From: Candidatus Obscuribacteraceae bacterium
Lineage (GTDB): Bacteria; Cyanobacteriota; Vampirovibrionia; Obscuribacterales; Obscuribacteraceae
Length of the DNA stretch: 64,000 nt
Assembly (NCBI GenBank): GCA_044226015.1
Contig: JBGAHS010000007.1
Span: 1 to 64,000, forward strand
Direction of reading: 5' to 3'
A program made the position numbers and the translations under genes. Below the pieces are notes generated by a model, which made no database searches, was not told where the DNA came from, and saw nothing but the letters and a program-made list of their open reading frames with translations. Shown here in pieces: positions 28,822 through 38,871 of the stretch (the first letter of the stretch is position 1; every line of letters starts with the position of its first letter).

Positions 28822-29445
28822 CTAAAATAATGAACCCAATACTGCGGACAGTCCCTGGATAAATTGCAAAAGCTGAAACCAGGACAACATGGGAGGTACA
28901 AGAAAGACGAGCACCAGGGCTTGCCACGCTTTCATATCGTAGCTGCACTTTATCGCTATGATTTGCAGAAGCAAAACCCAACAAAATGGAATCACCATAA
29001 ACAGCACATGCGCCTTGCCCAAAGCTGCAGAGAGGCAAGAGATAGGCCCCATGAAAATCCAGGGTAGGAAGCTCCACGCCATAGTTACAAATGCAGTTCT
29101 AGACTTTGCGGCACTTGCGCCAAAGCAGAGTCCAGTCAGGCTAACAATGCCCGCTGCCAGCAACCAAATAATTATTCCGGCTGTGACTTCGGTTGGAATG
29201 TTGACTAATGCCCAACTCATCTCTTTTTCTGAGCTCAGACGTAGAGCATCAAGCGCAAACACCAATGCAACCACTCCTACTGCGGCAGGTAAATGGCTCG
29301 CTACATGCTCGCAATCATCTCTCAAATGATTGAATGTTTGAACAGGTGCAAGCAATGTGCCAATAAACGTTTCAATGAAAGTCAGCTTTTGTGCCGAAAC
29401 TCTTGGAACGTTTTGCGGACCTTCAGCGATTAGTTCTTGAGTCAT
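28822..29445 (-). CDS. Yip1-domain membrane protein
   Basis: LLAPVQTF start, ~5 TM segments, operonic with sppA and miaA. Confidence 0.65.
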   Translation of the reverse strand: MTQELIAEGPQNVPRVSAQKLTFIETFIGTLLAPVQTFNHLRDDCEHVASHLPAAVGVVALVFALDALRLSSEKEMSWALVNIPTEVTAGIIIWLLAAGIVSLTGLCFGASAAKSRTAFVTMAWSFLPWIFMGPISCLSAALGKAHVLFMVIPFCWVLLLQIIAIKCSYDMKAWQALVLVFLVPPMLSWFQLLQFIQGLSAVLGSLF

Positions 29446-29455
29446 TTTTCGTACC

Positions 29456-30460
29456 TCATTCCATCAGCCAGAGGGGCTGTTTAGCAAACTTAGATTGCAT
29501 GGAAACTGGTACGACGTTTTCGAGCAAGTTGATTTTTGGTGTATCTAATTTGCTCTCGAGAATTTTCGCAATCGCGCTCATGCCGCGCGTCTCTTCCACA
29601 TCATAATCTTTGTTGTATTGTGCTTTGCAGATTTTTTTGATTTCGACAACTGCGTCATCATATCCACCAAGAGCATCAATCAGTTTTACCTGGAGTGCTT
29701 GCCTTCCAGTGTATACGCGTCCGTCAGCGAGCTTTTTCACTGTCTCTTTGTCTAGCTTTCGTCCATCAGAAACTGCAGTCACAAACTGATCATATGAATC
29801 CATAATCAAGTTTTGCAATAGCTCATGTTCTTCTTTAGTTGGCGCTCGGTCTGAACTACCTATGTCCTTGAACTGTCCAGATTTGATTGTAATTGGATTG
29901 ACACCTATCTTGTTTTCGATTTCAGATAGATTCATCAGGTGCATGATAACGCCGATTGAACCAGTCAGCGTTCCTGGTGAAGCGTAGATCTTGTCAGCTG
30001 CACAAGCTATGTAATAACCACCGCTTGCAGCGACGTCGCCCATAGAAACAATAATCGGTTTTCCAGCTTCATGCACGGCTTTGACAGCAGCGTTTATTTC
30101 CTGGCTCATCGCTACTGTTCCGCCTGGCGAATTAATTCGTAGAAGAACAGCTTTGATATGCTTATCTTTTGCCGCTTTGCGCAGCTGCTTTCGCACTGAA
30201 GTTGAGGAACTTGATGAGTCAAACAGCGAAGACTCACCCTCATCGTTCATGATTGCTCCACCAAGCTTAATGACCTGAATTCGATCTTTTCTGCTGTTGA
30301 AAAGACTGAAAGACTTGTCGCCGTCATCACTAGCTTCTTTGTTTTGTTTGTCTTGCGACGAATTTGATTTACTCAGCAGCGCTATCGGAGCCGCCAACAA
30401 GCAAATAACAAGTAATGACCAGCCCAATGCCATTTGAGCTTTGTTTAAAGTCATGACCAC
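29456..30460 (-). CDS. sppA: Signal peptide peptidase, short (36K) type
   Basis: RINSPGG, SMGDVAASGGYY, TGSIGV, KSGQFKD, DGRVYTG. Confidence 0.95.
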   Translation of the reverse strand: MVMTLNKAQMALGWSLLVICLLAAPIALLSKSNSSQDKQNKEASDDGDKSFSLFNSRKDRIQVIKLGGAIMNDEGESSLFDSSSSSTSVRKQLRKAAKDKHIKAVLLRINSPGGTVAMSQEINAAVKAVHEAGKPIIVSMGDVAASGGYYIACAADKIYASPGTLTGSIGVIMHLMNLSEIENKIGVNPITIKSGQFKDIGSSDRAPTKEEHELLQNLIMDSYDQFVTAVSDGRKLDKETVKKLADGRVYTGRQALQVKLIDALGGYDDAVVEIKKICKAQYNKDYDVEETRGMSAIAKILESKLDTPKINLLENVVPVSMQSKFAKQPLWLME

Positions 30461-30515
30461 TTCCTCTCGATAATTGGACAGGAAGCATTATATCAATGTA
30501 AGACTAAGCAGATCT

Positions 30516-31736
30516 TTAGTAGGTGTGATTCTGAGATCTTTCGTTTTCTGCAGTCGACGTTGTGGCTGGACTACCTAATGGGTTTTTGAAAGGTCCAGCG
30601 GTTTTCGTCGGAGTCTCTTGCGGGCTGCCATTACCACCGACCAGACTGTCAACCGCAGAACGCTCTGCAATTAGCTCTTTGTCGAGTTTGTCAATCGCTT
30701 CTGAACCAGCCAGGTCGCTGAGTTGTTGGTGGTAGAGTTTTGATTGTTCCAGCTTTTCGTCTATATCGCGCTTTGCCTTGCGTAGAGTGTACTCAAGTCC
30801 GACAGCTTCTGTCGGGCTTTTCGCTACAGCCTCTGCTGCCATTGCCTGTAAATCAGCCAGGTCAGCCGTGGCTCTAGAAACTGCTGATTGTTCTTTCTTG
30901 TATTCGCGATAGCTTGAGACCAACTTGTCTGCCGTGTCTCGCACAATTTTGTAGAGAATAGTCGCTTGCTCTTGTGAGATCGCATGCTTCTTTTGACTCT
31001 TTTCGTTGCGATCTTGGAACAGACCTTGAAGCATTCCAGCTCCGCTGCTCATACCCATCAATGCTGCCGGGTTAGCATTCGCCATGCCTCCAGGCATCAT
31101 CATTGGTGCCATATTCATGGCGCTGAATAGTGTCGCACTGAGAATCTTCATCGTTGATGCCATCGCGTGATTTGCATCAGTTGTTGGTTGAAGCTTTTGA
31201 ATAACAAATTGAATGTCTGGGTTGCGCTCGATAGTGCATTGCCAGAGATCACTCAACTGGCGCTTCTCTGCATCCATGATGGTGTCGGCAACTGCATTGG
31301 CTTCTTCATCAGTTTGTTGGATAGGCAAGGGCGCCAGGTTTGGTGCCAGAGATTTTTTGTCTTTAGAAATTTTGTCGCCGAGACTTTTTCCAACTATCGT
31401 TTCGGTTTTTCCGGCAACTGCGTTTTTGTCACCTGTGCCAGCTTTACTCTTTGCGCTGAAGTCAGTTTGTGTAACAGTCGACTTCAGAAGCCCATTCTCG
31501 TCTTCCTCACCGACCACATTTTCATCGCTATTGATACCAATGGGTGCAAGTTTGACAGTTTCCTTTTTCTCGTCGCCAGGAGCGGCAGGGCTGTCGCCTT
31601 CAGACATTTTGTCTGAAACCGGTAACTGGTACAAAAGCTTTTTTGCATCGGCCGGGGCGTTCAGTCCAATAAAGCAAATGCTCAACGCAACGCAGACAGC
31701 CTGCTTGCTTATTGGACCCGCTTTGAAAAATCGCAT
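30516..31736 (-). CDS. Secreted hypothetical coiled-coil protein
   Basis: 406-aa ORF with signal peptide. Confidence 0.8.
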   Translation of the reverse strand: MRFFKAGPISKQAVCVALSICFIGLNAPADAKKLLYQLPVSDKMSEGDSPAAPGDEKKETVKLAPIGINSDENVVGEEDENGLLKSTVTQTDFSAKSKAGTGDKNAVAGKTETIVGKSLGDKISKDKKSLAPNLAPLPIQQTDEEANAVADTIMDAEKRQLSDLWQCTIERNPDIQFVIQKLQPTTDANHAMASTMKILSATLFSAMNMAPMMMPGGMANANPAALMGMSSGAGMLQGLFQDRNEKSQKKHAISQEQATILYKIVRDTADKLVSSYREYKKEQSAVSRATADLADLQAMAAEAVAKSPTEAVGLEYTLRKAKRDIDEKLEQSKLYHQQLSDLAGSEAIDKLDKELIAERSAVDSLVGGNGSPQETPTKTAGPFKNPLGSPATTSTAENERSQNHTY

Positions 31737-31978
31737 TATTTGTGCTCCATTCTCTCAGGCAAATTCAGCCCTAAATCAAAGGCATGAAATTTTCGACGAC
31801 TGACACCACTGATGGTTCCGAGTTATTCTCGTTTCGTTTATGAAATAACCTTCAGCAAAATGCCCACTTTGACCAAGCTGAATATAGCACAACGCTGTTG
31901 TACTACGGAATCCCGAAACCCCTTGTCTAGTCTGTCTAAGCTCTGAAATCTATTGCTTGATAACTATTTGATCATCAA

Positions 31979-34018
31979 TTAGTTTCTTGACATAATCGCC
32001 GCAAGACCCAGTGCTATCAAGGCTACGGTTGTTGCCAACAGGTCAACGGCAGTCCAAGTATATTGTGGATTGCTTATTGCTGGAAGATATGTCATCAACA
32101 TCGGAAGTTTCAAAAGCGCCATAAACACTGCAACACCGCCCATCACCTTTGGAATAGGAGAGGCTGGGGCACTGGGCGAAGCGTAAGAATTTTGGTTTCT
32201 GTTTGGTAGGGAAGAGCCCTTCGACGGAAACGGAGAGTCAAAATCGTCATCGGCCGCATCATCAGCTAGAAGTTTTGAATGAAGCTTGGGTTTCGACGCT
32301 GGTTTTGAAGTCGATTTTATTGCTTCTTTTGCAGCTGGTTCTGGCGCCGGTGCTTCTGCAAAAGGCGCTGGCGGAGGTGCTGATACAGCTTGCTTGGGAA
32401 CGAAGGATGCAGCCGCTGGTGTTTGCGCCTGTTTTTCCTCTGGTGGCACAAATGAAGCAGGGTCTGGAATTCCTGCTGCAAGAGGCATTGACACAGGCAA
32501 AACTGGACTCTGGCTCTGGCTGCTGCTCGAATCAGCTGCGTCGCCGCGCCTGTATCTGGTCATGTCTGGGAAGTCTTCATCAGGAGTCTGATTTTGTACT
32601 ACATTGAACTGCGATGGGGGCGATGCCGGGGGCATTGCTGGTTTTGCCGGAGGCATAGACGGTGCGGCAGGTGCTGGAGAACCTTGCATCGGCTGTTGCG
32701 GCGCTTGCGGCTGCATCTGCTGTTGATGCATTTGCTGCGGATTCATTGGTGCTTGACCAGGCATCCCTTGCGGGTGCCCGCCCATGGCTTGACCAGGATG
32801 TGGCATTCCCTGTTGCTGTGGCATCATCGGCTGCTGCTGCATGGAGCCTTGCGGTTGTTGCGGCATTTGTGGGTGCTGAGCTCCCATTCCTGGCATAGGA
32901 GGCGCGCCCCCAGCTGGACCTTGAGGAACTTGCATCTGATTTCCAGGCGGCAAGGTTGCCAGATTTGCATCTGGTTGAAACGCTGCACCTGCTTGCTGAG
33001 CTGGGTGTGCCGTCGCCATAGCCTGATGGGACGGCGGCTGATGTTGCGGATAATTAGCGGGCTGGTTAGCTGGAGCATGCATTGCTGGCTGCCCATGCAT
33101 TCCTTGCTGTCCTTGCGCCATGCCTGGCGGTTGTTGCGGTTTCGGCTTTGGCGCCCTGCCCGCTCCCGGAGCTTCATTCATCTTTGAACTCAATAGTGGC
33201 GAACGCAAAATATTTGGGTTGTCCTCATCTGCATAAGGATCTTCTTCATACTCATCATAATAATCTTGCCCGCCGCCACCACCTGCAGCTGCGAACATGG
33301 GAGAGCGAAGTCCGCTTCGTCCACCGGTCTGAGCACCGCCACCGCCTCCTCCCAAAATAGGTGAATGCAAACCACCTTTCCTCGGGGCTGGTTCATCGTA
33401 GTAGTCGCCATCGTCATCACCGCCACCCAGAAGTGGCGAATGCAGATGATGCTTACCACTTCCTGCTTGAGGTGGAGGTGTGTCTCCATGAGCCCCCGCG
33501 TCGCCCAGAAGAGGGGAATTCAAATGCTTCCCGCTTGGTGAGTTGCTGTCATGATGCACTCCATGAGAACCGGCATCTCCCAGAAGTGGCGAATGAAGGG
33601 GTCCACCACGACCACCGGTATGTTGCGGAGTTACAAAATCGTCTTCTCCTCCATCACCAAGCAATGGAGAATGCAAATGCTGCCTGCTCTGACCTTGTGC
33701 CCCGCGTCCGCGCTGCGGAGCCGGTGGCTCATCGAAATCATCTTCATCGCTGGCTAAGAGCGGTGAACGTAGTTTCTTTGCGGGTTTTTCTGGTGGACGA
33801 GACTGATTTTGATCTTGATTGGACATTTTTCTTAATCTATCTACTTCTATATTCTCTTGCCCTGACCCCAGCATCGGTGAAGAAAGTTTTGCTCCGGGAG
33901 GTCCTGGTGGTGCCTGTGCTGGTGGACCTCCTGGCGCCGGACCCAGTCGTGCCCCACACTCTGCGCAAAAGCGTGTTTGATCATCATTGATCATTTGACA
34001 TAGCGGGCACTGAATCAC
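31979..34018 (-). CDS. Zinc-ribbon, intrinsically disordered, C-terminally membrane-anchored protein with repeated LxSPLL motifs
   Basis: CPLC..FCAECG; ten motif copies; Q/P/M-rich tract; two C-terminal TM segments; GTG start after AGGAG. Confidence 0.85.
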   Translation of the reverse strand: MIQCPLCQMINDDQTRFCAECGARLGPAPGGPPAQAPPGPPGAKLSSPMLGSGQENIEVDRLRKMSNQDQNQSRPPEKPAKKLRSPLLASDEDDFDEPPAPQRGRGAQGQSRQHLHSPLLGDGGEDDFVTPQHTGGRGGPLHSPLLGDAGSHGVHHDSNSPSGKHLNSPLLGDAGAHGDTPPPQAGSGKHHLHSPLLGGGDDDGDYYDEPAPRKGGLHSPILGGGGGGAQTGGRSGLRSPMFAAAGGGGGQDYYDEYEEDPYADEDNPNILRSPLLSSKMNEAPGAGRAPKPKPQQPPGMAQGQQGMHGQPAMHAPANQPANYPQHQPPSHQAMATAHPAQQAGAAFQPDANLATLPPGNQMQVPQGPAGGAPPMPGMGAQHPQMPQQPQGSMQQQPMMPQQQGMPHPGQAMGGHPQGMPGQAPMNPQQMHQQQMQPQAPQQPMQGSPAPAAPSMPPAKPAMPPASPPSQFNVVQNQTPDEDFPDMTRYRRGDAADSSSSQSQSPVLPVSMPLAAGIPDPASFVPPEEKQAQTPAAASFVPKQAVSAPPPAPFAEAPAPEPAAKEAIKSTSKPASKPKLHSKLLADDAADDDFDSPFPSKGSSLPNRNQNSYASPSAPASPIPKVMGGVAVFMALLKLPMLMTYLPAISNPQYTWTAVDLLATTVALIALGLAAIMSRN

Positions 34019-34331
34019 AAATGTTCTCCTTGGATGTCCAATCGGCGCTGTCAAGAGCGTCTGCGTTCATTAGAGCAATTTACATGCTGGTAATAACTTC
34101 AAAATTTGTTATCGGGCCAGCAAGTGGTTCTCTTCAGGCAGTTAGCAACCACCCATAGCCATTATGCCTTAATTTCATATGTATCGATGGGCAAATCTCA
34201 AAATCTCGTAATTTGTTTGACAAGGGGGTCATGCTAGACTGGCACACACTTCACCTTGACTAGGAGAAGTTTGGGAGAACTTTGAGGCGAAAGTCCCCAA
34301 TTGAATTGAGCTAGAGAGCAGGAGACTATTT

Positions 34332-35309
34332 ATGTCACGACGTGTGGGTCACGTACTTGCAGCATTCCTTTTATTGAGTCAAACCGTGTCTCCAATTTGG
34401 GCCGCTGATTCATCGCAAGTAAATTTCAAGATTTTTTCGCCTCCGGGTGCACAAGCTCCAGCAGCAGAAGAGACCAAACCAGCTGCTTCTGGAAGCGACT
34501 CGATGTGGACAGAAGGAGATGCCAGCACTCAGGCTCCTCCAGGTTCAACCCCAGAAACCCCAGCAGCTGAACCAGCTGCGGCTCCAGTAAGCTCTGAACC
34601 AGCAAGCTCAAGCACACCTACTACCGAAGTTGCTACGCCTAGCAGCACCGAAACCACCAGCACTGACTCAAGTACGAGTACTTCGACTTCAACTGATAGC
34701 ACAAGCAGCAGTACAGAAGAAGGTAAGGACAAAGTTCTCCAGGGCTATATTCGCGTAGTTCCATCAGGCACTAAAGTGCCAATTATCATGGACTCGGCTG
34801 TTGACAGTGACACATCGCAGGAAGGCGATGAATTCGCAGCAAGAACCGCAGAAGATCTCACAATCGACGGCAATACTTGTGTTCCGGCAGGCTCTGTTAT
34901 TAAGGGCAGAATTGCTCGTTTGAACGCACCTAAGCACCTCAACCGGTCAGGGTCCGTCGGCTTAAAGTTTGACACGATAACAACTCCAGACAATCGCCAG
35001 ATTCCTCTTTCCGCAACCCTCGTAGCACGAGGCGGAGTTGTTCATGCTCGTCGCGGTTTGAAAGATGTGGCAATCGACACAGGTACTGTAGTTGCACCAG
35101 CCCTGGTTGGCACCTTGATTGGCGCCGTGGCCGGAGCTTCAAACAGCAGCTCAAGTATTGGCGCCGGTGGCGGAATTCTGATCGGCGCTGCTGCAGGTAT
35201 CGCAATTGGAACAATCATTCTTTGCGCAAAGAAAGGGAAGCGCGTTGATGTGCGACCCGGCGATGAGTTGAAAATTGAATTGGCTGAAGATTTGCGAATG
35301 CCTATGTAA
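34332..35309 (+). CDS. Secreted protein with TrbI/VirB10-like beta domain and glycine-zipper segment
   Basis: Signal peptide, S/T-rich linker, VPSGT..GDEF..VPAGSVIKGRI. Confidence 0.7.
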   Translation: MSRRVGHVLAAFLLLSQTVSPIWAADSSQVNFKIFSPPGAQAPAAEETKPAASGSDSMWTEGDASTQAPPGSTPETPAAEPAAAPVSSEPASSSTPTTEVATPSSTETTSTDSSTSTSTSTDSTSSSTEEGKDKVLQGYIRVVPSGTKVPIIMDSAVDSDTSQEGDEFAARTAEDLTIDGNTCVPAGSVIKGRIARLNAPKHLNRSGSVGLKFDTITTPDNRQIPLSATLVARGGVVHARRGLKDVAIDTGTVVAPALVGTLIGAVAGASNSSSSIGAGGGILIGAAAGIAIGTIILCAKKGKRVDVRPGDELKIELAEDLRMPM

Positions 35310-35347
35310 TCGGCAACAGCAAGTTTCTAAAACAAAGGTTCTAAAGC

Positions 35348-35380
35348 GAGGGCGGCATGCATTGCCGCCCTCAGCGTTTG
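35348..35380 (+). terminator. Terminator hairpin
   Basis: GAGGGCGGCA/TGCCGCCCTC. Confidence 0.65.
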
Positions 35381-35835
35381 TGTAAATGAACATTTCGCTT
35401 CGATAGCAAGAAATTGGGCTATCTTTTGCCTATCTGTTTGATATGGAGAATGCAGGTTTTGCCAGCTCTGACGATGAATGGAACAATTTGATTCCACCCT
35501 CCACTAGGGGAAACCCTGAGAATTTGCCAGGGGCATTACTATCGGTATTTCGGCTCTACGAGTGTGGTAACTGTCGCCAGAATTTTTCAAAATAGAAACA
35601 TCAAGTGACACGCAAACTAGTGCGGATTCTAGTGTAGTTCGATAATATTCAAATGTAGAGTTCTGAAAGGCTGCAAAGTGGGGTTTACTGTCCAAACCAT
35701 TTAAGTTAAGATTAATCGTCTTTGCTTTTTTATTAGTACAGTATCCGGGACTCCCCCTTTTTACCAGCTCTTTCAATCTCCGGCTCTAAGAGCCAGGACT
35801 GTTGTATCCCAGGATAAAACCGAGAGCATATTTCT

Positions 35836-37668
35836 TTGATGACAAGCGCATCCATAAACCAGTCGAAAGACCCGAATACAGCAGCGATGATGTCCATCAT
35901 TCCTGGGTTGGGGCAAATGTATAACGGCGAAAGCAGGAAAGGCATGCTCTTTCTGTTAGTCGCCGCACTTAACGTGGTTCTCTTCATTGGAATGGCCTTC
36001 AACATTCCAATATTGGAAGCGCTTCTCTCGTTCGGCGCAAATTTCCACATGAAGCCGAACAAAATGCTCTTGATTGTGCTCAGAGAAGCCTATCTTGGCA
36101 GCCCGGTCTCTCTCATTTTATTGCTCTTCTTCGTCAGTTTTGTTATTTACGCTGTTCGAGATGCTTACGACCACGCTGCGATGAAGCGTCGTCGCATTTA
36201 TCCAGATTTCGTTATCGAGCTTCCTGAGGCTACAAGTGGTTCGTATATCTTCCACTTCTCGATAATGGTTGCGCTTTTCATCGTTGCGTTTTTCTTTGTC
36301 ATTCCGCCAATGCCGAAGAGCCAGCTTACTGAAATTGAGTTCGTTGATAATCAACCCAAGCAGAAGCAGCTTCAAAAGGTCCAAAGAAAATCACGTCATG
36401 ACTCAGTAAACTCCGGCAAACATGAGCCGAAGAAGCCAGTACAAGCTCCTCAGAATGCCGGTCAGAAAGCTCAGCAGCCGCAACAACATAAGGCACAAGA
36501 AAAGCAAGCTCCAGCAGCTTCTGCGCCCAAGGCTCCGGCACCATCGCCGCAACCACATGCAGCGCCTCCGACACCTCATCAGGCTCCAACTCCTCCGGCT
36601 CCACACCCTTCGCCGTCACCGAGTCCAGCGCCTCCAACTCCTCGGGCTCCATCGCCTATGCCTGTGATGCCCAGAATGAGTACTCCCTCACCTGCAGCAC
36701 CTTCGCCGTCGCCGATGAGAGCGCCTTCGCCAAGTCCGACTGCAATGCCAAGAATGGCTCCATCCCCAATGGCGATGCCTTCAGCGACTCCAATGCCAAT
36801 GGCGGCTGCACCTAAGTCTTTCTCTCCTTCAGCCGTACCAGCAATTGCTCCATCAGCATTGCCCAGAGCCGGAACTGGCGCTGCAATGCCGATGCCGACA
36901 GCTCGTCCAAGTGGTGGTGGCGCAACTGGACTACCAACTTTGGCACCTACTCCTATTGCAATGGGTTCAGGTGGCGCGGGCGGTGGAATGTCGAACTTTG
37001 CTCCCCTGGCTCGATCTGGCGGAAGTCAGGGCGGTGGCAGCTGGAGCGGTCCTACAGCACCAGGACCAGTAGCAGCTAGCTCTGGTGGCGGTGGTGGTGG
37101 CAAATCTGGTGGTGGTGGCGGTGGACCTGTGCCCGTAGCCATGAGCAGCGGCGGCGGTGGTGGTGGACACGGCTCTAGCGGTGGCTCCTCAGGTCCGGCA
37201 CCAGTTCGCGCTGGTCGCGGTGGTGGCGGCAACGGCGGCAATGGATGGTCCTCTGGTCCTATCAGCATTTCGCCTTCTGTTCCTCGTGGTGGTTCCGGTG
37301 GTGATGGAGCATCTGGAAACCCAGATGCGAACAACAACCCTGGTGGCAAGCCATCGGTCGCAGCTAACGCAGATGTTGACTTCGGACCTTACATGGCGGA
37401 CTTGCAAAGAAGAATCAAGCGTGCGTGGTTCCCACCACGTGGTCAAGAATCTCGCCGAGTTGTAGTTATTTTCAAAGTACATAGTGGAGGCGAACTCTCT
37501 GATTTGAGAATTGACAAATCTTCAGGTGTTGCAACTGCCGACCAGGCTGCCCTTGAAGCTGTCAGAAATGCTGCACCGTTCAGACCCCTTCCAAATGGAG
37601 CCCCTTCGGTTGTAGATATTCAGTTCACCTTCGATTACAACGTATTTTCAGGAGGCAGAGGCTTCTAA
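35836..37668 (+). CDS. TonB/TolA-family energy transducer with extra N-terminal membrane domain
   Basis: IPGLGQMYNG N-terminus, several TMs, Pro- and Gly-rich linker, DFGPYMADLQRRIK..APFRPLP..FTFDY; upstream of exbB-exbD. Confidence 0.85.
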   Translation: MMTSASINQSKDPNTAAMMSIIPGLGQMYNGESRKGMLFLLVAALNVVLFIGMAFNIPILEALLSFGANFHMKPNKMLLIVLREAYLGSPVSLILLLFFVSFVIYAVRDAYDHAAMKRRRIYPDFVIELPEATSGSYIFHFSIMVALFIVAFFFVIPPMPKSQLTEIEFVDNQPKQKQLQKVQRKSRHDSVNSGKHEPKKPVQAPQNAGQKAQQPQQHKAQEKQAPAASAPKAPAPSPQPHAAPPTPHQAPTPPAPHPSPSPSPAPPTPRAPSPMPVMPRMSTPSPAAPSPSPMRAPSPSPTAMPRMAPSPMAMPSATPMPMAAAPKSFSPSAVPAIAPSALPRAGTGAAMPMPTARPSGGGATGLPTLAPTPIAMGSGGAGGGMSNFAPLARSGGSQGGGSWSGPTAPGPVAASSGGGGGGKSGGGGGGPVPVAMSSGGGGGGHGSSGGSSGPAPVRAGRGGGGNGGNGWSSGPISISPSVPRGGSGGDGASGNPDANNNPGGKPSVAANADVDFGPYMADLQRRIKRAWFPPRGQESRRVVVIFKVHSGGELSDLRIDKSSGVATADQAALEAVRNAAPFRPLPNGAPSVVDIQFTFDYNVFSGGRGF

Positions 37669-37777
37669 TAAGTTTTAGTGGCGCGACGAGAGTCACCCAA
37701 TTGCGGTAAAATGCGCCTGGTTGAGAGTGTGTAGTTGTAGTAGTGGTTCAGTTTAGTGGCCGTTCTCAGGAGAAACA

Positions 37778-38413
37778 ATGGACAGTAAGTTTTTTACCTA
37801 CTTTATGGAGTTCATGATTAAGGACTGGTTCGCATCCATTCCGATTACCATCTGCTCCATTCTCACGGTAGCCGTCGTTATTGAACGGTACCTCTATTAC
37901 CAGAAAAATCGCAGAGACGTATCAGCGTTCATCCACGCGCTTCAGCGCAATCTCGAACGCAACCAACTCCAAGCTGCACAGGCTGATTGCTCCAGACTTG
38001 GTGGAGTTGTCGGGGAAGTCGCAGAAGAAGGCGTACGTCTGATGGCTGAACAGAAAGAAGACTTCTCGAAAGCATTCGACATCACAGTTGGTCTTGTAAC
38101 CAGAAAGCTTGAGAAAAACCTGGCGATTCTGGGTACGATCGGTGCAACTTCTCCATTTATTGGACTGTTCGGAACTGTGGTTGGGGTTGTATTCACACTA
38201 GACCAACTGGGTGTGGGCGGCGGCGGTACACCGGTTGTAGTAACCGGGGTTGCTAAAGCGCTCATCGCTACAGGATACGGTCTGATTGTGGCGATTATGG
38301 CGGTAATCTTCAATAATACATATACGAATACCGTTAAGCGCTTCAACGATGACTTCCTGCTTTTGAAGCTTCTATTCTTGAGCTTCGTTAGCGCTGAGTC
38401 CCACGAACGCTAA
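37778..38413 (+). CDS. exbB: MotA/TolQ/ExbB proton channel protein
   Basis: LGTIGATSPFIGLFGTVVG, ALIATGYGLIVAI. Confidence 0.9.
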   Translation: MDSKFFTYFMEFMIKDWFASIPITICSILTVAVVIERYLYYQKNRRDVSAFIHALQRNLERNQLQAAQADCSRLGGVVGEVAEEGVRLMAEQKEDFSKAFDITVGLVTRKLEKNLAILGTIGATSPFIGLFGTVVGVVFTLDQLGVGGGGTPVVVTGVAKALIATGYGLIVAIMAVIFNNTYTNTVKRFNDDFLLLKLLFLSFVSAESHER

Positions 38414-38439
38414 GATCAATCAGTACGGGGTGATACGCG

Positions 38440-38871
38440 ATGTCAATTTCCGCTTCGGGTGGATCAAACTTTGAAGAAATCAACGTCACTCCTCTGACTG
38501 ACGTGTTCCTGGTGCTTCTTGTAATCATGATCTTGATTGCTCCGATCATCGATAAATCAGAGTTGAAGATCAAGCCTCCAGATACTCGTAATGCAAAGAA
38601 AGACGAGGAAAGTAAAGGCATCACTATCGACGTGGACAAAGAAGGCAAAATTGCAGTCAATGGTCGTGAGGTTCCTAAGGACTCTCGACCTGAAGTCTTG
38701 CAAGAACTGATGAAAGAGTTTCAGAAAAAGACTGGAAAAGAGGACGTACCAGTCACCGTCAACGCGGATGCTGAAGCTCGCCAAAGAGATGTAGTAGCAA
38801 TAATGTCCGCCGCTGCGGCGGTTGGCATTAAGAGAATGCGTGTTGCCACCATGCAATCTAGCAGCTACTAA
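38440..38871 (+). CDS. exbD: ExbD/TolR protein
   Basis: EINVTPLTDVFLVLLVI. Confidence 0.92.
   Translation: MSISASGGSNFEEINVTPLTDVFLVLLVIMILIAPIIDKSELKIKPPDTRNAKKDEESKGITIDVDKEGKIAVNGREVPKDSRPEVLQELMKEFQKKTGKEDVPVTVNADAEARQRDVVAIMSAAAAVGIKRMRVATMQSSSY

Noticed and set aside
35380..35835. Cobalamin or other riboswitch upstream of the tonB-like gene
   Set aside because: No recognisable conserved aptamer motifs found by eye.
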